64,000 nucleotides of DNA. It comes from Cyanidioschyzon merolae (Eukaryota). A model generated the notes under the pieces. That model was not told the DNA's origin and did not search any database. It was given only the letters and a program-made list of their open reading frames with translations. The stretch lies in the NCBI GenBank assembly GCA_000091205.1, contig AP006491.2; one strand, given 5' to 3'. The position numbers and the translations under genes were made by a program. Shown in pieces: positions 31,262-43,706 of the stretch (the first letter of the stretch is position 1; each line of letters opens with the position of its first letter).

Positions 31262-31490
31262 GGGAGGCAAACCATGTACACATATTTGCCCAAAACATGT
31301 ATATGCATTTACACAACTTTACGTCCATAGACACATGTACACGGACACACGAGAATATCCGCATCTGCACGAAAGTTCACGCACACGTGCGCGACTAGAG
31401 GCATATACATACATAAATGCGGACGCAGCGATATACGCAAACACGCACTGCCTGAGGGACTATAGAAAACTTGGTTCTCTAGCCATAAAC
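31262..31490. repeat. CA/AC-rich low-complexity tract (acacatgtacacggacacacgag...catatacatacataaatg)
   Basis: Direct reading of the sequence. The composition differs sharply from the surrounding GC-rich DNA. Confidence 0.6.
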
Positions 31491-32014
31491 AACCGCATGC
31501 AACACCAATACTCGAAAGTAGTTCTTCAGCAGCGCAATGAACATGTCCAGGACGTATGAAAAAGTGCATGGCGATCTCTCCCGCGTCTATCGAGTACAGC
31601 AGATGAGTTGAAAGGCTTCCTTGTTTTCCACAGCGCCTCCGAAGCACAGACCAATGGCAGCGAAAACTGTTTCCAGGCGTCGCATGAGAGAGTCTCAAGA
31701 CAAGTACCGTCGGGAAGGGCCAACGCATCAGTTGACTTATACAACCGCGAGCACTATCCACTTGAATGCGAGATGTTCAGTTCGTCTTTGAGACATAACA
31801 TCCTGAACATTAAGTTTAAAATCGATAGCAAACAGGACCCAATGAAGCCTCTCCACATATGCTCGCGACCAGTTAGCCACGAAGCCCATGTCACAGACGT
31901 GAAATCTTTCAGAGCTGGTATGCAAAAGAATGACAAAACCTGGTTTGACGGAGCCATCGGACCAGCAGGAATGTCTTCGATTGGACAGATGTGATGTGCG
32001 TGTCGGGCATACTG

Positions 32015-34435
32015 TGTGGCACACATTCATATAGCAGCTCCATCGTTCACCAATTGCCCAGGAGAAGGTTCCCATTACATACATCTTTGTAGTGCTCCAG
32101 CCTTTCCGGTTCGCTGACCCGTGCTACACCAGCGACTCGCCCAGGGCGGATATCCAATGCCCGCCCACCTGACCACCGATTCGTATTCATCGCAACGCAT
32201 CAGCTTCCCAGCACAATACCTCCACTGAGCACTAGAGGATTCCCTCAAGAGTTCGCTCGACACAATGCCGCGGGACGCTCCGAACGCTCCCGGCATTTCC
32301 GTAAGTTGATCGAGGCGCTCAGGTCTGGGTGCAGCAAGTGCATGCGCACTTGTTGCGGATCGAGCCGCGGCATAGCAAGTCTCCTATCTTCGATGGCCTC
32401 GTCAACTGACGCCCGGTCAGTTTGCCGTTGACCAGCCCGTGCATCCGACACGCTTCTACGCTGTTCCTCTCTACCAGCTCCAGCGTGCACCCCTGCCTGT
32501 GATGCGCGTACATCGCCCTGTTCGCATTGACAGCAATAGTGCAGAATCGACTCGTGCACTCGTTGCACGCCGCCGTCGAAGGCACGGGAGTACAGCCTGT
32601 GCGCAGCACTGCGCGTCGAGCGCCACAGGCTACCGCCAAACGACGCGAATTGTCGATCATCTCCCTCTGCTCTCCATTGAAGAAGTGAGCTGGTGCGCGC
32701 TCGTGGTTTCATCGCACCGAGCTGGTTGGCGATCTCAATGCGGTCTCATGAAAACCTGCCAGGGATAGCCCACGTGAGCCAGATACACGCTCTTGTACGC
32801 TCTGTGAGTGGCGCGCACAACGCATCCCGCTCAACTCGTTCAGGTGCTCAGAGCGCCATCATCGGGTCTGACGCCGCTATTCCACCCGCTGGCATGCCGC
32901 CTGGCGTCCATCACGCCCGACTCCAGATAATACAGAGCCATGGAAAAACTTGAGCAGCCTCATGTGCTTTCCATTCACTTCGTAGCGTCTGAGCGCTTCA
33001 CCCAGAGGTACGGCGATGTCCTTGAGGTTGATAGACCGGAGATTCACACCCGCCACGACGCTTGTCTCCTTCTCTCGGTTGAACTGTCGCAAAGCACCCT
33101 CTTTGCTCGATTCAAGCCTCCGTTTCACAAAGTGTGGGCAAATGGATATTCAGTGTGATCTTGACCCTCGGATAATTTCCCCCGGGTGCCCTCCCGGGTC
33201 CTCTTGTCATACGGATTCTGCTGTTCTGTAACCAACGGAATTTTCTCCATCTCCTAATGTTGGCGCGGTGCTATAGACGTGGACCCTATATCGCATGCCC
33301 GCTTTTCTTCCTCGGGGTTCAGAGGCACTGGATGGCCGCCGGCACTGAGACTTGCGTTTTCTGTGTATGTATCTCCAAGTCTTCGAGCGCTCTTCCTCAC
33401 CTGCTCTGTCGCGGGCACGCTCACGCACCGTAGTGCACCTGTCCGCCCCCTTGGTTTCACACGCGATCGGAGAAGCGGGAGTGCGGTTCAGGCCTGGTGA
33501 AGCAAGAGAACGAGTCGTCGTAGGACGGTGCTGCGGATGCAAACGAAGCGTCTATGGATCCGTGAAAGTAGAGACGGCGTTTGACGAAACAGAAGTCGCC
33601 TTCGGCTGGGTGCAACCAAAGAGCCTAGGTTGGAACGAGGGACAGCTCAACGCCAATCTCAATTGCAGACGCCCTGACCGCGTTTGACCGATGGAAAAGC
33701 GGCACTGCCGAAGAGCAGTGCAGAAGAATTCGGTACTGGGAGCTCACGAACCGCTTCGATGAGGAAATGGACCATTGAACGATCCTGTCTGTTTGGTGAT
33801 TTGAGGGCGATCCCAACTGAATCCGGGGGCGAGGCGCATGTCGTCACCGTACGCGCCTGTGCCATATTTACGACCAGCGGTGATCCGCTGTTTGAGCACC
33901 CATATCGAGGTCGACCATTTCGCTCGGATGATACCTCATCGAGTGAAACGGAGACCGGCCCGTTCTGTACTAACCGTGCGCGTTACAGCATGAGATCGGT
34001 AGCGCGTTATTCAACGCACGACGGTCTCCCGAAGAAGAGCGCTTTTTGCTCTGTCCATCCGTGTCTCTTGGTGGCCATTGTATCGAGGGCACGGAAGCTA
34101 CACATCCTGTTGGTTCGTTAGGAACGTTTCCGAGAGCACGTATGGAGTGGATTGGATTGACTGGGAGACAATTTTGTGTACCGAGTTTGATCGTTTCCGT
34201 CGTGATGCCCAGAACGCAGAATAAGTAGTATGAGGAGTGCGGCTCATGTACCAGCTCACCGTAGAACAACTGACTTGAGCAAGTAAGGCCGTGTGTCGGA
34301 AGCTGGCAGTCACAGCATAAAGCATTTCCGCGATCTTTCTCCGATCCACGAGATACGTTCCTCTTGGTGAATACCTGCGCGAAGAGAACAAAAGAGGGTG
34401 TGCTTGTAAAGATATCCTAGAACGTACTGCTCTGC
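32015..34435 (-). repeat. Family-A repeat copy A2 (about 2.4 kb): inverted arm, outer end at about 32015-32040
   Basis: Reverse-complement near-identity to A3 (38150-40570). Every ORF 32075..34391 has a mirror ORF in 38087..40509. The boundary was determined by where the flanks diverge. Confidence 0.9.
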
Positions 34436-34808
34436 ATACGGCATTTCGCTTGGGCTACTACTAACTGCGAGAGGCTTGCTGTCGGATGCGCGCTTTAGTG
34501 CGCTGCCCATGCAGAAAAGCTAAAAGACTGTATTCGCTCTTTACAGAGCTGACTGCTGCTCCTCGTGTGGTTCGTGGACCCTCTCGCTTCTCGGGCACGA
34601 GTGTCTGCAGGCCGCGCGTTGCACGTACCGAGAACAGAAAGCAGAACTGCTCGTTTGAGACGCTAGGCGCGGCAGGGAAACGAAAACAGTCGGCACTGTC
34701 CTGTGGTAGTCCCTGCTCCAGGGACTTTTGGCGGTGGCTCTTGAGCCAGTCCACAAACACTGAGCGTTAGCTACGAGAAAAAAGTGTGTTCTGGAAAGCC
34801 GGTGTAAA

Positions 34809-35372
34809 ATGGCGGAGCATCGAAAGCGCAAGCCGACGAAGTGTCTGCGGAATCTTCTCCTCACTGGAACTCCGGGAACCGGCAAATCTACAGTTGCTGC
34901 GAAGTTTTGTGCGAGAATGCGGTTGAACGTACCTGCAAACGACTGGCCTGTTCATATAAACGTCTCTGAACTGATCAAGGAGAACCCGTCGCGGTTCGCT
35001 GAGGAGTTTGATAGCGAACGCGACTGCTTCGTTATCAACGAAGACGCCGTAGTTGAGCACCTAGAGCCCATAGTGCAAAAGTGTAATGTGGTCTTAGAGC
35101 ACCATTCCAGTGACTGGTTCCCGGAACGCTGGTTTTCCCGAGTTGTGGTCCTGGCCAGCGCGACTGATGTACTGTATCGACGACTCGAGGCGAGAGGATA
35201 CACGACGGAAAAAGTGCAAGAAAACGTAGAAGCAGAAATCATGCAAGTTTGTGCAGATGAAGCGATGACGAGTTATGACCGCAAGATTGTTGACATTTAC
35301 GAGAACAATACTGAGGACGATATGGAGCGAATCGTAGGGAACCTCTGCGAATGGTGGTTGATCAGAAGTTGA
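34809..35372 (+). CDS. AK6: adenylate kinase isoenzyme 6 (AK6/Fap7/hCINAP), 187 aa
   Basis: P-loop LLTGTPGTGKST and the diagnostic DWFPERWF block (human DFFPERWF). Collinear with AK6 across the whole length. Confidence 0.85.
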   Translation: MAEHRKRKPTKCLRNLLLTGTPGTGKSTVAAKFCARMRLNVPANDWPVHINVSELIKENPSRFAEEFDSERDCFVINEDAVVEHLEPIVQKCNVVLEHHSSDWFPERWFSRVVVLASATDVLYRRLEARGYTTEKVQENVEAEIMQVCADEAMTSYDRKIVDIYENNTEDDMERIVGNLCEWWLIRS

Positions 35373-36846
35373 TCTGTCGACAAGCAGCAACCTGCTGCTC
35401 ACTCGGGCAATATGGGCACTTGAATCTTGTGTTGCCCCTGGGCAGGCGGTTCACTGTTTCTTTGCAGAGCACGTGGCCACAGGGGAGCAAGTACGGCGGA
35501 TTCGTTGGAGTGCTCTGCTCTCTGGAAACTGGGCAGACGAATATAGAGTGGTATTTGTACTTCTTGCCCAGGTCTATCTCAACAGGAAGTTCTTCCCGTT
35601 GTGTCCAGGATTCACGCGTTGCGAGCAGTCGAGTAGCGCGCATCAAAACTGGCAGTGCTATCGTTCCGCACGCAACAACGCTGTACAGGGGACTCTCCTC
35701 GCTTAGATCGAGATGTGCCCAGAAACAACGCCGAAAGGATTGCTCGGCGTCATCGGATAGCGCAGAGGTAAAAAATGAGGCATATGGAGATTTTGCGATA
35801 CGCGATACGAAGGCAAAGCAACCCATAAGTTGCTGAATTTCCTTAGTCTGGGAACGCTGGAAACGAGCAAAATGCTGGCGGGCGTATGCCAGGGCCTCTG
35901 GTAGTCGCCTTTCCTGTAGATAATTGACGAATCGCAAACGATGAAGTTTGAATTCCAGTTCACGTAGTTTTTCGGCAAGCGCTTGACGTCCAGCGTTCGT
36001 GGGTACAGACGGGGTAGCGCTGTGCGGTATGTATGTCGAGTCCTGCATCCTTTGCGCCGCTGAGCTCTCCGAGGCGCCGTCCTGGCTATCGCTGCTTCGC
36101 TCTATCCAGGAAGAGACCCGCTGTGTCCAGAGAATAGCAGGCTCAAGCGTTCCGTGGCGAATATCGTTCAAAATAGCGTACAAATCCCTGAAAGGGAGTC
36201 GATACGTGTCCTCAAAGCTTTGGCCGGACTCTCTAGCGAAGGAGTCCGCGATATCGAAGTGACCTTCTCGATAGAGGTGCTCACCGATTGCTCGTTCAAG
36301 AAGTGTTTTCTCCAGCGGTTGAACATTGCATAGTTGAGAGATCTGTGGGTCAAAACAATTTTCCCCGCTTTTCGTGTACTTGGTAATTGCAGCTTTCAAC
36401 TCCTTCTCTCGTACAGACAGAGTCTCGAAGAGAGCCAAAACTTGTTGCTGAAACTCTGCCAACAGCAACTTGCGTGCTTCTACAGATGTCGTAGGCGACA
36501 GTATGGCGACTTGGAAGCGATCCAGAGCATCCTTCAGGTTCTGGCACGCGTCAAAACTGGAGCCCGAAAGTTTCTTCTGTTTCGCGACCAGCCGCACCAG
36601 GTCCGCCGCAACACTCACAAGTCCAGCGCCGCGTTCTTTTGGCAACTGGCCGCTCATCAGAGCCTGTGATGTCTCGGTGCCAGACATGTCGCCTCCTGGG
36701 GGCCTTTTCCACAAGCGCCGACACGAGAGTAACGACCTCGTATACCAGCACAGGAACCGTTCCAGGACACGCACTCGATCTGCTTCGTCTGTTGATGAGT
36801 CGCAGTCGATCGCGGCCGTCGCCCCTGTTGCGGCCCCCAGCAGCAA
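35362..36846 (-). CDS. CTLH-complex RING subunit (MAEA/GID9 or RMD5/GID2-like): LisH-CTLH-CRA plus C-terminal degenerate RING (494 aa ORF; start may be Met MSGTETS at 36687)
   Basis: CTLH/CRA region (LLERAIGEHLYREGHFDIADSFARESGQ...) and a C-terminal Gid-type RING (PYLLPCGHVLCKETVNRLPRGNTRFKCPYCP). Converges on AK6, with the two stops overlapping by 11 bp. Confidence 0.7.
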   Translation of the reverse strand: MLLGAATGATAAIDCDSSTDEADRVRVLERFLCWYTRSLLSCRRLWKRPPGGDMSGTETSQALMSGQLPKERGAGLVSVAADLVRLVAKQKKLSGSSFDACQNLKDALDRFQVAILSPTTSVEARKLLLAEFQQQVLALFETLSVREKELKAAITKYTKSGENCFDPQISQLCNVQPLEKTLLERAIGEHLYREGHFDIADSFARESGQSFEDTYRLPFRDLYAILNDIRHGTLEPAILWTQRVSSWIERSSDSQDGASESSAAQRMQDSTYIPHSATPSVPTNAGRQALAEKLRELEFKLHRLRFVNYLQERRLPEALAYARQHFARFQRSQTKEIQQLMGCFAFVSRIAKSPYASFFTSALSDDAEQSFRRCFWAHLDLSEESPLYSVVACGTIALPVLMRATRLLATRESWTQREELPVEIDLGKKYKYHSIFVCPVSREQSTPTNPPYLLPCGHVLCKETVNRLPRGNTRFKCPYCPSEQQVAACRQINF

Positions 36847-38149
36847 AGGCGACAGCAGCAGCGTCGTGAAACAATACCGAGAGACGTCCCAGCGGGTATC
36901 AGTTGTTACTCCCCGAAATTACCATAGGAAATATGGCGCTGAAATATGCGGAAAAGAAAGCATCACGGTTGGCGCGACTTTTTCTGTCCGTGCTGACGCC
37001 CTGTTAAGCTTGGATGTTCATCGGAAGGGGCGCTGTGCTCCAGTAGATTCATGTTGCAGCGCTGCGGCTGTTGTATCTCTTTCCGAGAGATAAGATGTGG
37101 AAATTCTCGTTATGTGCCGCTCTTGTGCACTGAACATGCGTCTTGAAACTTGGCAATACATTGCCTTGGCTCGTGGGAGAGTGCATGCATTAGACGCCTT
37201 CAGCCGTGGTCAGTGCATGTCGATGGTGCCGTGGTGACTGGGAGCAATCCGCCATGGTGGCTGATAATTGCGCAAAACCCCGCTCAATACGGAGCAAAAT
37301 ACGTCTGGCGCTCGAATCCGCACCGTCACCACAGATATAGAGCCCGTTGGCAACAAGCGAGTCGCGATTATGTCCCACGTTTGGACTTGGTTGCATCGCG
37401 CCTGCGGTTAATGTGCATGCTTGCAGCTATTGCCGCGTTTGCGCCGGGCATGCGTGCCCGCCTGAGGCTTCCCCTCGTTATGCATTTCCAAAGCGCACTC
37501 GGGATTGCGCAGCTGCTACTTCAAGCACACACGAGCCCGAGGACGGCCGCCGCCATAGCATAGAGAAGTACCGCTGTTCGTGAATGCCGCCAGAGAGGTC
37601 CCCGAATGCAGCCTCTCTTCTGAACGAGGATTACTGTTCGGGAAGTCCAAAAGGATGCTCCTCTTGGGGGCTTGTATCGAGCGTTCGCAAGATTTCTCCT
37701 GACACGCGCTCGGAGGACAGCAATGCAACACCGGCCCGAGTGGTCAGCGATCTTTCAACTCCGGGGGCACTTTCGCTCTACCTACCAAACTGTCGATGGT
37801 CTGGACGCATGAATAAGCTGCTAGATTCCGGACTTTACGACGCAAAACAACAGGTTTGCGTCATGGTACAGAGGTGCGCCCTCGGTAGAGGTGCCTGAAG
37901 GACCCATTCCATGCCAGGCTGAACACCAGAACGATACGGCGCAGAAACAACCATCACGCGTTCAGATGATGCTGGTTAGATTCAGGAAGCCAGAAGTACC
38001 CACATCTGGGAAGCGGCTTGAGCTCCTTTGGACAGAGCTGCGTATGCTTTACTGGCAAGTGGGTCAATTAGAGTCCAGCCGAGCCAGTGACTCTCCAGCA
38101 GGACGTGCACACGATGCTGATTTCCGGTTTGTCGGTACGCGTTACATTC

Positions 38150-40570
38150 AAAGCAGTACGTTCTAGGATATCTTTACAAGCACACCCTCTTTTATTCTCT
38201 TCGCGCAGGTATTCACCAAGAGGAACGTATCTCGTGGATCGGAGAAAGATCGCGGAAATGCTTTATGCTGTGACTGCCAGCTTCCGACACACGGCCTTAC
38301 TTGCTCAAGTCAGTTGTTCTACGGTGAGCTGGTACATGGGCCGCACTCCTCATACTACTTATTCTGCGTTCTGGACATCACGACGGAAACGACCAAACTC
38401 GGTACACAAAATTGTCTCCCAGTCAATCCAATCCACTCCATACGTGCTCTCGGAAACGTTCCTAACGAACCAACAGGATGTGTAGCTTCCGTGCCCTCGA
38501 TACCAATGGCCACCAAGAGACACGGATGGACAGAGCAAAAAGCGCTCTTCTTCGGGAGACCGTCGTGCGTTGAATAACGTGCTACCGATCTCATGCTGTA
38601 ACGCGCACGGTTAGTACAGAACGGGCCGGTCTCCGTTTCACTCGATGAGGTATCATCCGAGCGAAATGGTCGACCTCGATATGGGTGCTCAAACAGCGGA
38701 TCACCGCTGGTCGTAAATATGGCACAGGCGCGTACGGTGACAACATGCGCCTCGCCCCCGGATTCAGTTGGGATCGCCCTCAAATCACCAAACAGACAGG
38801 ATCGTTCAATGGTCCATTTCCTCATCGAAGCGGTTCGTGAGCTCCCAGTACCGAATTCTTCTGCACTGCTCTTCGGCAGTGCCGCTTTTCCATCGGTCAA
38901 ACGCGGTCAGAGCGTATGCAATTGAGATTGGCGTTGAGCTGTCCCTCGTTCCAACTTAGGCTCTTTGGTTGCACCCAGCCGAAGGCGACTTCTGTTTCGT
39001 CAAACGCCGTCTCTACTTTCACGGATCCATAGACGCTTCGTTTGCATCCGCAACACCGTCCTACGACGACTCGTTCTCTTGCTTCACCAGGCCTGAACCG
39101 CACTCCCGCTTCTCCGATCGCGTGTGAAACCAAGGGGGCGGACAGGTGCACTACGGTGCGTGAGCGTGCCCGCGACAGAGCAGGTGAGGAAGAGCGCTCG
39201 AAGACTTGGAGATACATACACAGAAAACGCAAGTCTCAGTGCCGGCGGCCATCCAGTGCCTCTGAACCCCGAGGAAGAAAAGCGGGCATGCGATATAGGG
39301 TCCACGTCTATAGCACCGCGCCAACATTAGGAGATGGAGAAAATTCCGTTGGTTACAGAACAGCAGAATCCGTATGACAAGAGGACCCGGGAGGGCACCA
39401 GGGGGGAATTATCCGAGGGTCAAGATCACACTGAATATCCATTTGCCCACACTTTGTGAAACGGAGGCTTGAATCGAGCAAAGAGGGTGCTTTGCGACAG
39501 TTCAACCGAGAGAAGGAGACAAGCGTCGTGGCGGGTGTGAATCTCCGGTCTATCAACCTCAAGGACATCGCCGTACCTCTGGGTGAAGCGCTCAGACGCT
39601 ACGAAGTGAATGGAAAGCACATGAGGCTGCTCAAGTTTTTCCATGGCTCTGTGTTATCTGGAGTCGGGCGTGATGGACGCCAGGCGGCATGCCAGCGGGT
39701 GGAATAGCGGCGTCAGACCCGATGATGGCGCTCTGAGCACCTGAACGAGTTGAGCGGGATGCGTTGTGCGCGCCACTCACAGAGCGTACAAGAGCGTGTA
39801 TCTGGCTCATGTGGGCTATCCCTGGCAGGTTTCCATGAGACCGCATTGAGATCGCCAACCAGCGCGGTGCGATGAAACCACGAGCGCGCACCAGCTCACT
39901 TCTTCAATGGAGAGCAGAGGGAGATGATCGACAATTCGCGTCGTTTGGCGGTAGCCTGTGGCGCTCGACGCGCAGTGCTGCGCACAGGCTGTACTCCCGT
40001 GCCTTCGACGGCGGCGTGCAACGAGTGCACGAGTCGATTCTGCACTATTGCTGTCAATGCGAACAGGGCGATGTACGCGCATCACAGGCAGGGGTGCACG
40101 CTGGAGCTGGTAGAGAGGAACAGCGTAGAAGCGTGTCGGATGCACGGGCTGGTCAACGGCAAACTGACCGGGCGTCAGTTGACGAGGCCATCGAAGATAG
40201 GAGACTTGCTATGCCGCGGCTCGATCCGCAACAAGTGCACATGCACTTGCTGCACCCAGACCTGAGCGCCTCGATCAACTTACGGAAATGCCGGGAGCGT
40301 TCGGAGCGTCCCGCGGCATTGTGTCGAGCGAACTCTTGAGGGAATCCTTTAGTGCTCAGTGGAGGTATTGTGCTGGGAAGCTGATGCGTTGCAATGAATA
40401 TGAATCGGTGGTCAGGTGGGCGGGCATTGGATATCTGCCCTGGGCGAGTCGCTGGTGTAGCACGGGTCAGCGAACCGGAAAGGCTGGAGCACTACAAAGA
40501 TGTATGTAATGGGAACCTTCTCCTGGGCAATTGGTGAACGATAGAGGTGTTATATCATTGGATACTAGTA
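38150..40570 (+). repeat. Family-A repeat copy A3 (about 2.4 kb), inverted partner of A2
   Basis: See A2. The inner boundary at about 38150 (...CAGTACGTTCTAGGATATC) mirrors A2's 34435. Confidence 0.9.
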
Positions 40571-41349
40571 AGAATACTCGGGATATAACGAGAGCGTTTG
40601 GTAGCATTGCTACAACGCAGGATCGGAGTCCTGGTTATGCATTGAAATATTAAATAACTCTCAGCGGAAACCTCCGAGGGCGTTTTCAAATCAAGAGGGA
40701 AAACGGTTCGCTCGGAGTCTACACCTGTGTGACACTAATACAGAAAACTGAAGAGCTCGCTCTCTTCATGCCTCGAGATTTTCCCGACCTTATTCAGCTG
40801 ACGTCCAATTACAAGGGTTCGTAAAGTAACCGATATCATCATCCTGTTCATACGGCCAGGCCAAGCGTCCACTCGCCTCGTTTTTTTTTCTGTTTAGCAT
40901 GCTCGAATCAAGCAGACTACAAGCTTTCGCTCTTTCTTTTTCAGAGGTAACTCGTGAGCGTAGTGATCTGTGCAACGGGATTGATGAGTAAAAATACTTG
41001 ACGTCGCCCATGCGCGACCTCTTCACAAGCTCATGCCGAAACTTCACTGAATTTCTCCCGTTAAATGATAAATTACGTTCGGATTACAAATTCAGCTCTT
41101 TTTGTGGCCATTTACGAAGCGGTATTCAATTGCTGTTGGATAGCTCTCACGGGATATGCTGCCAGAGGCTCCCGTCTCGTTGGTTTGCAGGGAAAAGAGT
41201 TTCGGACTGGGACTAGAGACATCGCTGCGGTCGCTCCCAGTGTAGGGAGTGTAACGATTTTGTACGACGCGAGCGTAGAACGGATCGAAATCCATCGATT
41301 TCTTCACCACCCTGGATTTTCGTTCCGGAACTTGTTTCAGTACGCAGAA

Positions 41350-41962
41350 AGTAGCGTTCCACAAATCCTCTATCCAATGGAGCAGCATGCGCTTACGTGT
41401 GCTGCGGACGGAGCATTCGCAATGGGAATCGCCCAGAAGAAGCCTTTGATCATGTGATAGGGCAGCAGGCGTCGAAAACAAAGACCGCATCAGGCGGAGC
41501 CTTCTAGACCGGTAAAGGGCGTGTACCGAGCGTTGAAGGAAGCGTTCACGCTTCACAAGGCAACCATCGGAGGAGCAGTAACGGCCGACACGTGGGATCA
41601 CTTCAACTCTGTTAAATGTTACCGCTACGAGGGGCGACTTGGGGCTGCGTTCGAATGTGATGAAAATAGCAAACAGACTGTAGATCGCTTCTTCCGCCTG
41701 TGTATGAAATGCATCACCAGCAGCAGCAAGCAGCAGAGTCGGGACTTGAGTAGCGCCATCCACATCCTTCCCCTGGTGACATCGAAGCTGATGGGAACGG
41801 AGAGACCACCATAGAAATCCGCATATTACAGTGGAAAAGTAAGTAGTGGCAGAACGAGCCTACAAGACTAATGTTGATGATAGCGCGAAGAGACCCAAAC
41901 GTCTGCTCGTACGTTCCTGTTAGCTAGACGGGACTCGTTCCGTTTTAGTGTGACATGGAGCC
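41350..41962 (-). mobile_element. old diverged Family-B left-end fragment (B5), about 75% identical, terminus ...TGACAT at 41962
   Basis: 41380-41530 reverse-complement aligns to B1 10121-10260 (SVHALYRS.RLR.M...). 41860-41962 aligns to the terminal 100 bp of B2 (GATAGCG...AAAG.CC..AA..CGTC...) and ends at the same position as the B terminus. Confidence 0.65.
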
Positions 41963-42281
41963 CATACTTTGCGTGGAGCTCTTGGAGGGATTGGACGTCT
42001 GGCATCCGGCAGGCCGCCGTTTAAGCTACGTGTATGGTTTTGTGCTGAAGTAGACGTGCGACGAGCTGCCTTCGTGTCCACTTGTACACATGCCTTCACT
42101 TGTTGGCGTCTAAGGAGCAAGCGGACGCGCACGGGTCGCGGACGCGAGTTGGCGCCAAACAACTTGAAAGTGTGCTCCTCCTCGTCGAGGTCGACGTTTT
42201 CGCAGCTCACAGAGAAGCGAAAAGTCTTTCCTGCAGAGTTCTCGCCGCTCCCTGATTCGATCTTTTGGGTGGAGCTTCGAC

Positions 42282-43706
42282 ATGAAGGTTCCATTCTGGC
42301 TATTTGCACTTATGGTTGCTTTGGTTTCGTTCAACGGGTGCAATATAGCGAAACCCGCTCAGTCTTGCCTTGGCTCGGGGCTCGCAGGCTGCTCGGCGCA
42401 GTTGTATTCTGGGAACCGGAAGGGTTGGTTCAGCGTATCCGGCTCCGTACAGGATACAATATTTACTCAGAATGAGCTTGCATCAAGCTTGGAGAGACTC
42501 GTCAGCCACATAATAGAACCTTTCCGAAATGCAACAGCGGAGGAGCTTCGCCACAGACTACGCACACTGTTCGAGCGCAAGACGTATCGCGTAACCCCGA
42601 ACGGTGCACGCAAAGCCGAAGGTTGTGTCGTCTGGTCGTGGCAGGGAGGAAACCTTACGTTCAACGCACCGACAGAGACGGAAACGATGATGCACCGCAC
42701 GAAACCTTTCTGGTACAATCGCTTACGCTGGACGTGGGAGCTGTTTGAAGCGATAAAAATGCCCAGAGACGACTTTGAGATAGCGCAGTGCCTGCATGAC
42801 TGTGTTCAGACTGTTCGAAAGGAGCCGCAGTTCGCCAAAATGCCTCGGTATCCCGAACCTGGACCGATTCCAATTCTCAGTCTCATCCAGTGCTGCGGCA
42901 TTAGCGATGATATTCCCGCACCAGTTTTTGAATCTGGCAGACCTGGCCCGAGAACGATTTTCTCAACTGGTCTTCGCGACTGGGATGTTGCTTGCGCGCT
43001 CCAAGCTGCTTCTGCTTTACCGTGGGCGTTTAGACTGCCCAAGGCAGTCTTCCGCGGCTCCGCTCGAGAATCTCTAGAGGAAACCAGACTTGCGACCGTC
43101 TCTGGGCGGAGAGGAATCCACGGACGCAGAGGGTCGAACGCGTATGGCCGGCGAGCCCTGGCAGAGCATGGCCGCCGACACCCAGCATTGCTGGATGTAC
43201 TTGTCACAGAATCCGGGGGCAACAGAAGTGCCGGCGGCTTTATGTCTGTCCGGAAGTTGGTGAACTACCGCTACTCTGTGCATGCTGAAGGCAACTGTGG
43301 CTGGGCAGACCGCTTATGGTGGCAGCTACACGCTCCGCAAGTGCTGCTAAAGCAGCGATCACCGTGCGGTCTGTACTTCGAACCCCTGATGAAGCCATAC
43401 AGAGATCACATCCCTGTCTCTGGGTCATTTGACGACCTCAGTCGCAAAGTAAAGTGGCTCCAGCGCCACGAGTCGGATGCTCTCGTAATGGCGACGAATG
43501 CAATGAGATTCGCGGAGGCGTACCTCGTTAGACGGAGCATACTCAAATACTTTGAGATGGTCCTAAACCAGTACGCACAAATTTGGCGACATCATTCTTA
43601 TGGAGATCGCGGGCACTTCCAATCAGGAGGTGGTGGCGCTGAATGCCTTCGACCTCGTTTCGACTTTTGGTTCTTAGAAGAAAAAAGGGATGCAGATGCG
43701 GGATAG
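42282..43706 (+). CDS. secreted/ER-lumenal glycosyltransferase, CAP10/GT90 (POGLUT/KDELC-like) family (474 aa)
   Basis: N-terminal signal peptide MKVPFWLFALMVALVSFNGCNIA and a CAP10-domain core (KAVFRGSARE..., HAEGNCGWADRLWWQL). Confidence 0.6.
   Translation: MKVPFWLFALMVALVSFNGCNIAKPAQSCLGSGLAGCSAQLYSGNRKGWFSVSGSVQDTIFTQNELASSLERLVSHIIEPFRNATAEELRHRLRTLFERKTYRVTPNGARKAEGCVVWSWQGGNLTFNAPTETETMMHRTKPFWYNRLRWTWELFEAIKMPRDDFEIAQCLHDCVQTVRKEPQFAKMPRYPEPGPIPILSLIQCCGISDDIPAPVFESGRPGPRTIFSTGLRDWDVACALQAASALPWAFRLPKAVFRGSARESLEETRLATVSGRRGIHGRRGSNAYGRRALAEHGRRHPALLDVLVTESGGNRSAGGFMSVRKLVNYRYSVHAEGNCGWADRLWWQLHAPQVLLKQRSPCGLYFEPLMKPYRDHIPVSGSFDDLSRKVKWLQRHESDALVMATNAMRFAEAYLVRRSILKYFEMVLNQYAQIWRHHSYGDRGHFQSGGGGAECLRPRFDFWFLEEKRDADAG

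Noticed and set aside
41868-41965. Conserved ~100-bp block shared by 41868-41965 and 51765-51870 that contains C/D-box snoRNA-like motifs (TGATGA ... CTGA ... CTGA in the 51.8-kb copy)
   Set aside because: The block is the terminal 100 bp of old Family-B fragments (B5/B6); it aligns to the B2 left terminus. The young B copies lack TGATGA/CTGA at the homologous positions, and the 41.9-kb copy has the D box mutated. The conservation is explained by repeat ancestry, not snoRNA function.
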